From positions 1-64,000 of the forward strand of contig ADNK01001958.1 in assembly GCA_000320545.1 (NCBI GenBank): DNA of 64,000 bases. Direction: 5' to 3'. The translations under genes were made by a program, and so were the position numbers. Shown here in pieces: positions 24,338 to 36,420 of the stretch. The notes under the pieces were generated by a model that did no database searches, had not been told where the DNA came from, and saw only the letters and a list, made by a program, of their open reading frames with translations. Numbering within the stretch: the first letter of the stretch is position 1; the number at the start of each line of letters is the position of its first letter. The stretch comes from Bigelowiella natans CCMP2755 (taxonomy: Eukaryota > Protista > Cercozoa).

Positions 24338-25366
24338 TGAGCATTATCGCTTGTGCACAGCTGAAGGTACTCGGATCTGAACATATATGCATGCTAACAG
24401 CTGATTAAATCCATCAGATTAGACCTGATAGGTTTGAATACATTAGGTAATAACAATAGCATTGATCTCATTGCGCATATCTAGATGCATAATTATCCAG
24501 CTGAATATAAGCAAGAGTGGAAATCCGATTTATTTTCACGTCGAAACTGTTAATGCTTTGGGCTAGTTGCCAAGATCAGCATGTAGATAGATAATGACAA
24601 TTTTTGGGGAAAAATAAAAAAAAAAAGGCAGGAATTGTTCCAGAAGCCATGCTGCTGTGCATTGTGATTGGAGTTGTGTTTTGCTTGCATGTATGTCGAC
24701 AATGAATGTGAACTTGCATCGCAGGCCCGCAACACTCGCTACGTCATCGCCGCAACATTGAGATGACGCTTTACTGGCAAAAGTCGAGATAGCAAGGGGC
24801 TAGCCCTCCATCTCTGGATCATCTCGACTTTCTGCATCATCAAGCTCGTTGTTATTCGAGCTGATGACGTTTCGATCTAGCGTTGTGCTTGACAGGGCTC
24901 CCAGTGCGATGCAGACTTGGACGCGTGCTTTTGCAGCCAAGCGCACGTGTGGATTCATAGCATCAACAATTCATCGCGACATCCATCTCGACTTCACTTT
25001 TTCCCGCCCAACGTACGTGCATGCTGATCTTGGCAAGTAGCCTTTGATGCCTTGGTGCACACACATCATGATAAAAACATCGCTCAGCAGGCAATCTGGG
25101 CAATCATCATGTATTGCATCCAATCTCATCTTGCATGCTTATCTGCGCTGCACGAGCGCGCGCATCTCAGATCTTGGAGGACACACAATGGACACAACAC
25201 AGCGCAAGGAGACATGTGATGTGCATGTCCATCACATACGAAACAGTGTGGCATGCTGTCATTGTCATGTGCACGGCTCCACATGACAGGCGCGCATGCG
25301 CGTATGTGCTGTCTGCATGCTAATGTACATCAAACCGCTGTAGGTTACATTAGCATAACTATAGAA

Positions 25367-25407
<41 letters not shown>

Positions 25408-25614
25408 CATATATGTGATAAAGAGGCAATTGAAAAGATTTAAAGATTCATTACATCCGTCTTATATATAGAGGTAACGAGTTACTAAATAATAGCTACG
25501 AATGGTGACATTGTCATCCATCGTGCCGTATGTGACTCCGCTGTGCGCATTAACTATAAGTGTAATTTACAGCCACATTAACACGGCGGTGTAATTATCT
25601 AGATCTATCAGCTT

Positions 25615-27019
25615 CTATTTTTGGAAGCCACTACAGAGTTATAAACCTTAAGCAGAGCACCTTCTGTGTCTTTCATTACATAGTCTTGCAATAACTTAAC
25701 CTAGATATTTGAGCACGAAGAAATGGTGAAAATTTCCTTCTGGAGGTAGTGGTGAAAGGAAAGGCTAGCAATGAAATCCATACCTGTTTTTCCCCACAAC
25801 GCTCTTTCACTACTTTCATAAATCCGGTCAAAAATTCGTCTTTATCGAGATGACCTGACCCGTCTGCATCTAATTGCACATATATCTTTTCTATCTGATT
25901 CTTTTGGTTGAGTTCTCCAAGCCATATTCGCACATTTTTTTTCGATGAGTTGAGTATTATCTGAATATAGAATATACATCAGAAATGCAACTAGGAGAAA
26001 GTTACAAACTAAACAAATACTACCTTCTCAATTTTTTCCCCCGTCTCTGTCCCCATCGAGATACCGTATTGACTGTTACTTCCTGAAAATGTTGACACAG
26101 CAGCAAATGAAAACTTCGTGACAGAACACAAGAGATTTTTGTATTTGTAAGTACGCACCTTTCAACTTTTTGAGGCAACGATCTTTCACAACTAGCACAA
26201 AGTACCGAAACGCACTGTTGAAATAATCCTAGTAGTAACGTAGTAAAGATTACATAACAACAACATATCGATCAGACCATGTGTAACAATCATGAATGGT
26301 GCTGCTGTTACAACTCAATATATCGGATACCTTCATTAATCCGTTGACCTCCTTTTTGTCCAATGTCCCGCTACTATCATTGTCATAGTCTCCCCATATC
26401 TTTTCTGAAACGGTATTCGAGTATCTTGAGAAGAATTGTGTTATTTTGATGAAGTGGTGATGTTCTTCATATGTCGTAGAGATTATTGGGAAACTTAGAC
26501 ATTATTTTGTGAAAGCTAGTTTTCTACATCGGTCATCTTACCTAGGACTTCTCTATTCATAACTGCCGTTTGCATATGTATCTTTTTTGCCTCTTTTTCA
26601 ATTTGATCCTGATGATCGACATTATATCAGGAAGTATTCTAGCTTTAGAGAGTGCTTACAGTTACAACGCCATTTCTAGTCATCCAAATAACCAATTACC
26701 TCAACCTCGTCCAAGACGCTTTCACTCTCACCAGCATCTACGCGCTGTTGCGCTTCTTTGAGCATTTTCTATGCAGATTAGTCAACAATAAAACTGTTGT
26801 GTTTGATGACATAGTAGTTTTGAGCACGCACGTACCTTCCATCTTGTATTATGATTCTCACGCATCTTTTTGTAATCTATGAGTAGAAGTTTGGAAATAT
26901 TATTCGCCTCCTCTCCCTCAACTTCCGGAGCCATCGGTGGTTTACTTGCTCCGCAACCTTGAGGAAGAGTTGCGTGTTAGAAGAAAAATTTAACTTCGTT
27001 AGAAGGAGACGCTACCCAT
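25615..27019 (-). CDS. EF-hand calcium-binding protein with N-terminal myristoylation/palmitoylation motif
   Basis: ATGG|intron|GTTGC gives MGCGASKPP; EF loops DNDSSGTLDKKE and DADGSGHLDKDE; last exon VKLLQ..ASKK*. Confidence 0.75.
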
Positions 27020-28011
27020 ACGAATTTTAAGCCCGTATCTCCAAGCCTCTGCGTTTGATTGCTGTTTTTCTTCAGAGTTGGGGGGCGACACAGTGCACCG
27101 ATCGATGCCGTTTTGCTGGGGGGTGAGTTTTCTTGGTAATTTAGTACAAAATGGAGTGCATTTTGTGTGTACGACATCAGATAATCCATATCTCATGTTG
27201 TTACTCGCATTCTCTTCTTTCTCAAAGGTTTACGTAGTATAATTGTTGTTGTAGTTGTTGTTACGAGATGGTCGTTATACTATTCCGAATACTTCCTATT
27301 GCTTAAACACCAAATTCGGATGCATCGATTTTATTTTTGTTATTGTCGTTGTTTGCGAGAAAAGATAGTGATAGGAATACTTCGTATAAATATTTACAGA
27401 ATAGTAGAAGAAGGCGAAAGGCAGAATCCACTCGACGATTACCGACGATGATCATCGCATTGTTCTCACTTTGATTCCTCCTCCTCCTCCTCCTCCTCCT
27501 CTTCCTGCTTAATGGCGATCGTAAGAATCAAAAAGCCTGCTTCGCATTAGGAATTCCGTCGTTGTGTTCAAAGTCTGCTGCAACACTCACGGTTCATCAC
27601 TTTCACCTGATCACAACGGCATGATGTTACGGATCTGCTATCAGCACTAGCACTTGTAAACGGTCTGCTTTCCTTGACTCCGATGATGTCGATTTTGGGG
27701 CGAAGCTGCTGTAGTAAATTCTCTTGCTCGAAGCGAGTGTCCCATAAGAGTAATAATGGAAGGAGTTTTCGGCCGTCTACAGCATCCTGGTGAAGGCACG
27801 CGTGTAGATCAACATTTTCCTTCTTGATGCATGCCTTTTTTATCAAATGCCATTGCAATTCTTTTCTTTAAAGTTAGCTGTGCCATAATTCCCTCATAGG
27901 TTCCGGCCGTCTTCTGGCTTCGGAGTAGCCCCAGCTTTACTACTACTCCTCTCCACCCTTTTGACGACATGGTGGCGCTGTGTCTCCGTCGCTCCTGCAG
28001 ACCAACGCTTC

Positions 28012-29352
28012 ATGCTCTCTCGAAAGCCTGCAATTGATGGAAAACCAAGCATGCAACTACACCACAAAAGACTCTATCAAAAAATATTTGGAACTGGCAA
28101 GAAGACAAAGAGGGGGGGGCTCAAACCAGGGAAAAAGGAGCGACTCAAGCTAAGAGCAGCAGCAGAAAGCATAGAAAAAATAGAGAAACAACAAGCGCGT
28201 ACCAAGAAGAAAGCTCTTGAGGAGGAGATGCGACGTAAACTTACTCGTGAACTCCGTGCAGCTAACATGTCTCGTGTCAGGCTGCGCTCGCTTATCTCAC
28301 CTCGAGAAAGAGTGTTGATGCTAACCCGACGAGATCCTCAAACATATGGCAACATGCTTCAGAGGCACGCATCATCTAGGAACACAACGAAGTTGTCCCT
28401 AAAGCTTTTAAAAGAAGCAAAGCACCAATTAGATACTCAGAAACGAAAGGAAATTTACATGGAAATGAAAAGGGAGCAGCAGCAAGCAGGCTACGAGGAT
28501 GATCCTTATGAAATGAGTCTTGCGAAAGGGCCGATTCGTGATGATGACCATCATATGTTACTAACTCCACCAGAATTGGACGAAATTTTCAACATCACAA
28601 GATATAGGGAAAAAAGGGGAAAGAAAAGATTTGGAGGATCCATAAGACATACAAGAAAGAAAGAAACCATTGCGGATCGAGTCAAAGAAGCTCTCGCTCA
28701 AACCGATGATGCGAATAAAGATGAGATCAAAGGATTGAGTTCGGTCATGTACATAAGCCATATTCCCCCATATTTCCAAGAACGCGAAATGAAGGACTAC
28801 TTTGGGCAATTCGGCAAAATACTTCGGGTTCGCTTATCTCGCAATATGCGAACGAAAGCGTCAAGACATTATGGATTTATCGAATTTGAAAATCCAAAAG
28901 TTGCTCATGCAGTTGCGAAGGAGCATAGACGTAACTTATTTAAATTTTTAATATACATCTATATATTCTGAAACTACAATACTTTTTCCACTTTCATTTT
29001 GCTTCAAAATTTTCATTGTATACTCACGATTTCCCAATCATTTTAAAACAAAAATTCTATTGTCTCTATTCTTTTTGTAATTAGATGACTCTCATTTTTG
29101 TCCACCTTTTCAGTTTTCCATATTTCCAATACGAATCTCGTATGCAAAGTCATTCCCATGTCGGAATTACACCCGGATTGTATGAGCTCAAGGGCATTGA
29201 AAAGGGATTGTCAGAAGATAGATGCAGTGCGTCATAATGAAGCATCGGATCAAGTAGAAGTGCAAAGGAATAAAAAACGTATCGCCCAGCATGCTAAACG
29301 ACTTCGAAAAGTCAGGGAACTGTGTGGAGAATATAATTATGTGCAAGAATAA
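28012..29352 (+). CDS. Nucleolar RRM protein, NIFK/Nop15-like, with long basic N-terminus
   Basis: VMYISHIP..YFGQFGKILRVRLSRNMRTKASRHYGFIEFE..; after one intron LVCKVIP..LHPD. Start codon uncertain. Confidence 0.8.
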
Positions 29353-29892
29353 GCGATTAAGTGGAAGGATGTGAGCCACAGAAATTACCAAACATGAATA
29401 AAAGCTTCAGATTCCAGTTAACAATTAGTTCGTGCGCTATGCCAGTATTTTGTCGATACCGAAGAGATATGGACGTGCGTGGCAAATTAATTACATCAAT
29501 ACATTGCACCTCGTAGGATATCATGCTGATGCTTCCATCTAGCCATCTCTGTCATCACAACCAATATTACTTGCTTTATTATTATTTTTATTCACATGAT
29601 ACAGCGCAAGCAATATATAGGCCTAGGCTGTATGTACATTGGCGACATGGTGAGGCGACACATCTGGACATTTGCTGATGGCATGAGTGGAATATTTTTG
29701 GACTTTGCATTTGCAACCTATTGCGACTACTAAGCGTAAAACTCGGAACTATAATGATTATCATTGCGCATGCACCAGGTGAGAGTGAGACAGCAGAAGG
29801 ACTGCTACATGCTGACCGATCGAACGAGGCAGCGACTATCACAAACTAGCGACATTTAATGTTGTCGGTGGTGTTGTTGCGAACACTAAGCT

Positions 29893-31728
29893 TCAGTCCA
29901 TCGGCATTAAATTCGATATTGTCTTCATTGTAACCTAAATAATAGTACACTTATCGGCACAGGATACGGATACTTACACGAGAAATATGGATGCATACGC
30001 AGAAGTATAGGGGTCAGGAAATCACCTGTTCGTTTCCGTAATCTCCAAGCTCATTTACTATCGCATCTGCGCCACTGAAATCTTCATTTCCAGTATACCT
30101 GACGCATAAATGTAATATGATTGAGCATTGCTGAGGATACTACCAAACATCCATAAATTTTAGTCCGGTGCATAGTTTTACAGGTCAAGAGCAAAAAGGT
30201 ATCAGTATTTCTGCTTCAATCCTAAATATCTGTGATAAGGATCTCCCAAGTTTCTTTCGCTAGAAAATCATGAATTTCAGTGCCGGTAAAGAGAATGATA
30301 CTACCCGCTTTTGGTCACCACCACAGTCATTCCAGCGGATTTGCCTGACCAAAGAACATATTTTTGAATTGAAAATAGGTTGTTGGAAAAACAAGGCATC
30401 GCTATTTTCGTTGTCATCATCATCAACGTAAGTTCAGAGAGAACATTTGTAATGACACTAAATCATGACACCTGCACATTTTCCAATGTGCGAGTCCTCA
30501 ATAACCGCGCACCGAGAAGGATCTATTCCCTTTTTTAACGAAGAACAAATATTCACATCTCAACCATTAGTCAATACTGTTGCAATTAGCGATCTATCCA
30601 CCCCATTACAGGAACCGAAAAAGGTGAGAGATATTGATGGAAAACAATATTTTGTAGAAAGTCATTCCTCTCTGTCTTCAGTTCTACTGAAGGTCTTGTA
30701 TTTGCAGCATCATAGAGGCACTTGTGTTTTTGTGTATCTCGAATCTCCTCTATCTTTTATGTTAACATCCCAATTACTAGTTCTTTGCTTGCGAGGAGAT
30801 AGACTGCTGGATCGGGTTTCTTCTTTGGGACGATATCACCTGACGAAAGAGTAACATAACGACAAGAAAGCGTCCAGATTTTACTGAAAATCACCAGCAA
30901 ATATCGAGAATTCCTTTGCCTTCTCCTCTCCGAGCAGATCCACCACCTATGTAAAAAAGAAAATAGAAGACTGTTGAATAGTACATCACGTATTGCGCCT
31001 CTTCTCCTCTTTGTTTAAATTGACTACTACTAAATCTTGGTACCGCTGATACGGACTTCTCATTCGAAGTGGAGCAGCAAGCGACCTATACACATCCATC
31101 GCAGTACCGGAAGAAAGATCGTTAATTCATCACGTTGCTGCGGTATGAGCACACACACGCGCATGCACACACGCACAAACACCCGCAATGTACTTATCTG
31201 TATCTTTGAAGTGATTACAATCGCACTTACTAATGCGAACATAATTACCTTCACGCCATTTGAAATTGCTTCTGAGACCAGCCTCTTCACACCAGGTCTA
31301 TGCAACAAACAACATGGGGGGGGAAAGCGAATATTGGGGACAGAAACCGATCTTCTGATTGGGTAGGAGGAGAGCAGCATCGTTCATTATGGCCGCACAA
31401 TTGGCAACTTATATATTACAGAGAAACTTTACCATTAGTTCAAACACCTTAATTGCAGCTCGCCTTTAGTGATCATCTCGCTAAAAATATCGGTCTTAAG
31501 TAGATGAATCTCCTTCACCTGAACGTTGCAGAGGGAAGCAACAGTTTGTTATCATCTCAAAACAAAAAGAATGCGCACACAAGTGACACTAAGGATGCCT
31601 ATAGATGGACACAGACCCTTCTCGCCCTTTCTTCAGCATCTGTTGGCCAATCCTGAGGCCACCCAACTTGATTGAAGTAAGCGGTCATTCGCTCCTGTTT
31701 AAGTGGGGAAACGCACAGTCCACATCGG

Positions 31729-31762
<34 letters not shown>

Positions 31763-32758
31763 GAAGAAGAAGAAGAAGAAGAAGGGTGCAGATGTCCTGA
31801 TACTCTCCTCGTCGTCGTAGTCGTCGTCGTCTTTTATGGTTACCTTTCCTCCACCGACCTCCAGAAGCCTTCCGTACCTACATTTTGGGGATTTAATGAG
31901 AAGGAAACTAATCGCAACTCAACCGGCTGATAAACTATGCTATGATAAATTACTATGATTTTATGTATAAAACGACAGTGGATGTGCTAATTAGAATGGA
32001 AAAGTGTTTCTTTTACTCTTCCACCCCCCATTCAAATCCGAGGCCTTTCTCATTGAAGGCACGATTGAACGCAACTCTGAACAACAAGAAGAAAAATGTG
32101 GATGTGAACCACCGCCATGTTACATTACGTTCGATACTACTAGATTAAGTAACGGCAGCTATCTTGCGCTGGCATTACCGATGTCCGTCCTTTTCAGTGT
32201 CAACGAGCACCCCGTCACAATCAAACTAAGTCGAGTAGACAAATTACATTATCAAGAGGGTTGGATCTCTAGATTATCAGAAAGAACCGGGAGGACTGGT
32301 AAGCATAATACGGCAAAATATCTATAAATACACTCACTCGCACTTTCAATCACGGACATCATGACACATCACACTGTTACAATGTACCAGGAGTGCCTCT
32401 GGCATGCGACCATGAGCCCTCACATACTGGCGCCCTCTCAGAGCTGTTGTAAAGCTCCCCTGTAGATAGGGTGACAGATGATGGGGTACTGATCTGGTCG
32501 TACTAGATAGAAATGAGTTCCTCGTCCTTGGACTCTGCAGTAGGAGCTGAGAATAAAATGCTTCCTCCACTCAGTTGTTGCTGCTGTGCGACTGTTACAA
32601 AAACATCGTACCTCTGGAGTCACCGAATTCCGCTTTGCCATTGCGTACGACATAGCGCACAGAAAAGTGACGGAAAATGTGATCCCGAGAAAAATGCTTA
32701 CTCTCGTCGAGCGCCTCCTTATCATCATGTGTCGAACAGCAGGCCACGTGGATGCCAT
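29893..32758 (-). CDS. cbbY: CbbY-like HAD hydrolase (XuBP phosphatase family), bipartite plastid leader
   Basis: Spliced: PEALL-FDCDGVLVDTEKDGHR-VAFNRAF..YGRLLEVGGGK-ERMTAYF..PGVKRLV..KKPDPAVY..IEDSHIG..YTGNEDFSGAD; hydrophobic segment then transit-like peptide at the N-terminus. Confidence 0.88.
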
Positions 32759-32974
32759 GGGGGTGGCAAGGGGAATTTCAGTCTCGGAATTATTTTTAAT
32801 CCACAGGGGAAATTATGCACATTTGGAACACATTTTGATGTCGCTCATGCCAAACGCTGTGACCTTCCTCTGGCTTATTCAGGTAAAATCTCGAGAATTC
32901 ACTCAACATGGTGGTAAATGTACCCACGTGTCAGTTCTTCACCGGAGACTCTCCGTGCGGGAATACTCGGAATA

Positions 32975-33517
32975 CTCCATTCCGGGAAGATCTTCACACG
33001 TGACTCCAACCACAATGTCTGTCACAGTCCCAAACGATTGCGCACGTCAACATGAAACACACGCTAGAACGTGAAGAACCCAGCGTGTTTTGCTTTGCTG
33101 GTGCGACGACAATCTCAGCGCTTGCCACTAGACCATTGCAGCGTTGCATGCTAGGTTGTGCTGATCAACACGACGATCACCCACACCGCTCACTGGCATG
33201 GTTGCTGCTGCAATGTGGACGTGTTCAAGTGTTGCAGACGTGCTTGCAACAACAGTGATGCCTGACATGATCGCTCACAGCTGACAGGCTCTTCATTCAT
33301 TGGAATAAGCTCTTCTTGTCAAAAGTGCAGGATCAGAAGTGGTCATCCACTCATCGATCTCACTCGTTCGATTTGTTTTGTTCGCAGCTAGCTAGCTAGC
33401 TAGCTAGTCTTCACATCGTGTTTGCATCTCAATTTTCGCCACATGGGAAAGAACCAACGCGCCATTTTCGCTTGCTTGCAGCATCAACGAGCACATCGCA
33501 ACTTGAGCATGGCAGGT
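32975..33517. other. TpA-depleted intergenic island
   Basis: 9 TA dinucleotides counted in about 540 bp; 8 are in CTAG, including a (GCTA)n run at 33387-33407. Confidence 0.85.
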
Positions 33518-33597
33518 TACTGGGTTAACACCAGAGATCGCCACAAAAATTGCCGGTGTCATTAGCAATTAAATCTAAAATCTCAAAGCATGTTGTT

Positions 33598-36099
33598 CTA
33601 GCTGCAGTAATATGCAGTTTGATTCTCAGGCGAAAAAGTGCGATCTCCGTGGCCATTGATGACATGGTCGACTGATCCTTGGCCATTGAGAAAGACGCTG
33701 AGCGGAGCTCTGAATCTTTCAACGAGATTCTCAGGGACATGAATACCTGATGTCACGTTCACGGGATAATCTCTGAAATAGTGGTAAACCCCCAGTGCCC
33801 ACGCATCATGGTCTTTTACATCATCTCCAACGCGATATGAAACGAACTGTTTTTCTCCATAGGACTGGTCAACATCATATGGAAATTCAGACTGGTAGAA
33901 GAAACACCTGAATCCAAACGCAGAAGGTTATGAAAAAGTTTTAACAAAAAAGAAAAAGGATGGGATCAACGTTTAAAATGTTGCTTTATACTATGTTTCT
34001 TCCTGGGATCTCTCTTTGTACTACCTGCCCCTCTCCCCAGTCCACAAGGTTAAATCGTTGAGAGTATGTTCAACTGCCAAGCCGTACATAGTGACGTCAT
34101 TTCCCTCAACAACCATCCCTGTTTCACAAGGATTCTTGCTGCCGTATACCTCCCCACCCACAGTGTGATCAGCTCGCCATAACCACAAGTTATCACCGAT
34201 CACGTGACCACTATTAATCTCAACCATCCGAGCGGCCTGCACTTCGTTCACATCTGGGCCTCCCACGCGAGCAAACACGTCATACAAGAACCCTGTAGTA
34301 GTAGTAGTAGTAGTAGAAGTAGTAGTAGTAGTAGCGTATAATATTGAAGTCGATTAATGGAGGCATTTACTACTGCTGGATCATAAGGCGTGAAATAAAA
34401 AGAGGACACATGATCACAACATAGTGTACAGCCACAACAAACAAACAACATTAAGGACGAGTAAGACAAGTAAACACAACTGCAATATTTATCTTCACAT
34501 TTTTTGGCACAAATACCAGGATTGGAGCTGTTGCCCTCATACGAACCTCCTCCCCATTGAAGCAGTGTGGGAGACGACTTTGGTCCTGCCTGCAGCAAGA
34601 CGCCAGCGATACGAACACCGTCCAGATCATCCGCGACGATAATGCATGGGTTCCCGTTGGCAGATATGAGTGTTGCCATTCCTAATCCGAGCAGCACCTG
34701 CCGTGAATGGCTGAATATGAAGAAGAGGAGAAGAACAATTGCCATCAATTTAATATGATTGCGAGAAGACTTCAAGGGATGCTATTGTGAGCAGTGTGTT
34801 GTGGCCATAATACGTTATCTTGAGAGGTGCCTCAAGAGAGTAAATAGCCGGCGAAAGAACAATGTGCAAACCCAGCGCCAGTTGAAAGTTGATCATATCA
34901 GCGGTGTCGTTTGGCTGCGTCACATAAACTTTGCTGAAATCGACACTCTCGACCAGATCTTCTTCTTTTTCTTCTGTCTTTTTTGATTGCCAACTTGGCC
35001 CAGATACATTTGTGCGCAATTGAGGAATATTTAGTGTAAACTTGCCCTCAGAGCTGATGGAGAGGAACGGCTTTTCTGCAATTACAGGCGTCTCTTCCAC
35101 AGATGTTATCGGACCCTCACTACTGTCTGTGGTGTGAATTGAATGTGGGCGGTATCGAGGTCGATAATCTATACGAGAGCTCATCCCTCGCACAGCAGCT
35201 TTGTTTTGGCTTTTCTCCTTCTTCAAGAACCGGGAAGAGTTACTACTTTGGGAGTTCTTTCCGCAGTGAGAGTTAGGAGCTCCTTCAACTCCGACGAATA
35301 CCATATTCCAATTTGCACCCTCCCATTTTGCGACTCTGGAATTTCTTGTGATAAATTGTTGTTGTGAGCCTGACTGCGCCACGCCGTCCACAAGAAGATC
35401 AGCTGCAAACCCCCCACTAGAAAACCCAGCATATGCGTATGGGGGGACATATTGGAAGAGGAGGAGATCGTTCACAATCCATGCCCTTCTCAAGGGAGCA
35501 GCCTGTGACACGGCCCAGATCATCCCATTGGCGCCGTTCCACCAGCCATGTGCAGAAGTCGACTTGAAATTCTCGGCCTTAAATTGGTATGTTAATCTTA
35601 TTCTTGGAAAATAATAGAAATTTTTAAACAATGATCACGAACCGCTCTCCAGAAGGTATCAAGCGCTCCTACACTAGGATTGTAATTAGCCTCCTCGCAG
35701 TGTACGCCCTTGTCTCCTGAAAACACTACGTCTTGAGGTTTCAATCCTAAACCTAAGACTTGAGTGTAATAGCCTACTGGAACATCAACTTTGTACTCCC
35801 CCGGAGTAAACATAAGTACAAATCTCTTCTCGCTAAATTGTCCATTTTCGGGAGGGTTGTGGCCACCATTTTGCAAATAAATCTGATTCATATACAATTT
35901 GCTACTTAAGCTGCTGCAAAAAAATGATCATTCCTTCTACAACCTTGTTGACAGTATCTTGAATGTTCTCCGTCGTTGGGTCGAAGATAAACACGCTATC
36001 TGGCCAGTTGGGAGGATTTGGCTGTATTGAAGTACCCCCCACTCCTTGCAACCAGAAAAGCAGCGATAGCAGAGGGGTGGTGGCAGTAAACGAGGTCAT
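33598..36099 (-). CDS. Secreted GH55 exo-beta-1,3-glucanase (bacterial-type GH55)
   Basis: Signal peptide; VGYYTQVLGLG, ALDTFWRA-AENF, WAVSQAAPLRR, SGSQQQF, WLWRADH, GLAVEH, FYQSEFPYD; stop TAG at 33598-33600. Confidence 0.85.
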
Positions 36100-36420
36100 C
36101 AGACTTCTTCCTTTGCTTTACCTTCCGACATTGCTCACTTTGTACCAGCCCTTTTCCACTAAATTCCATGTCGTCTGTGCGAATGTGAGTGGGAAACTCC
36201 ATCATTCATAAACTAAATGACAGACTACCGGTACTAACTGACAGTATCAGGATGTTGTTGTAATTGTTGTTGTGTTGCCACTGTGAAGATCATTTTCAAA
36301 GATAACCCTAACCGCACAACTCCAACATCATTGATAACCGTCAGGCAGGGGGGAGGAGGAGGAGGACGATGAGGGCCCTGTTGTTATATCTCTGACGAAA
36401 AATATCGTCTTGGACGCAAG

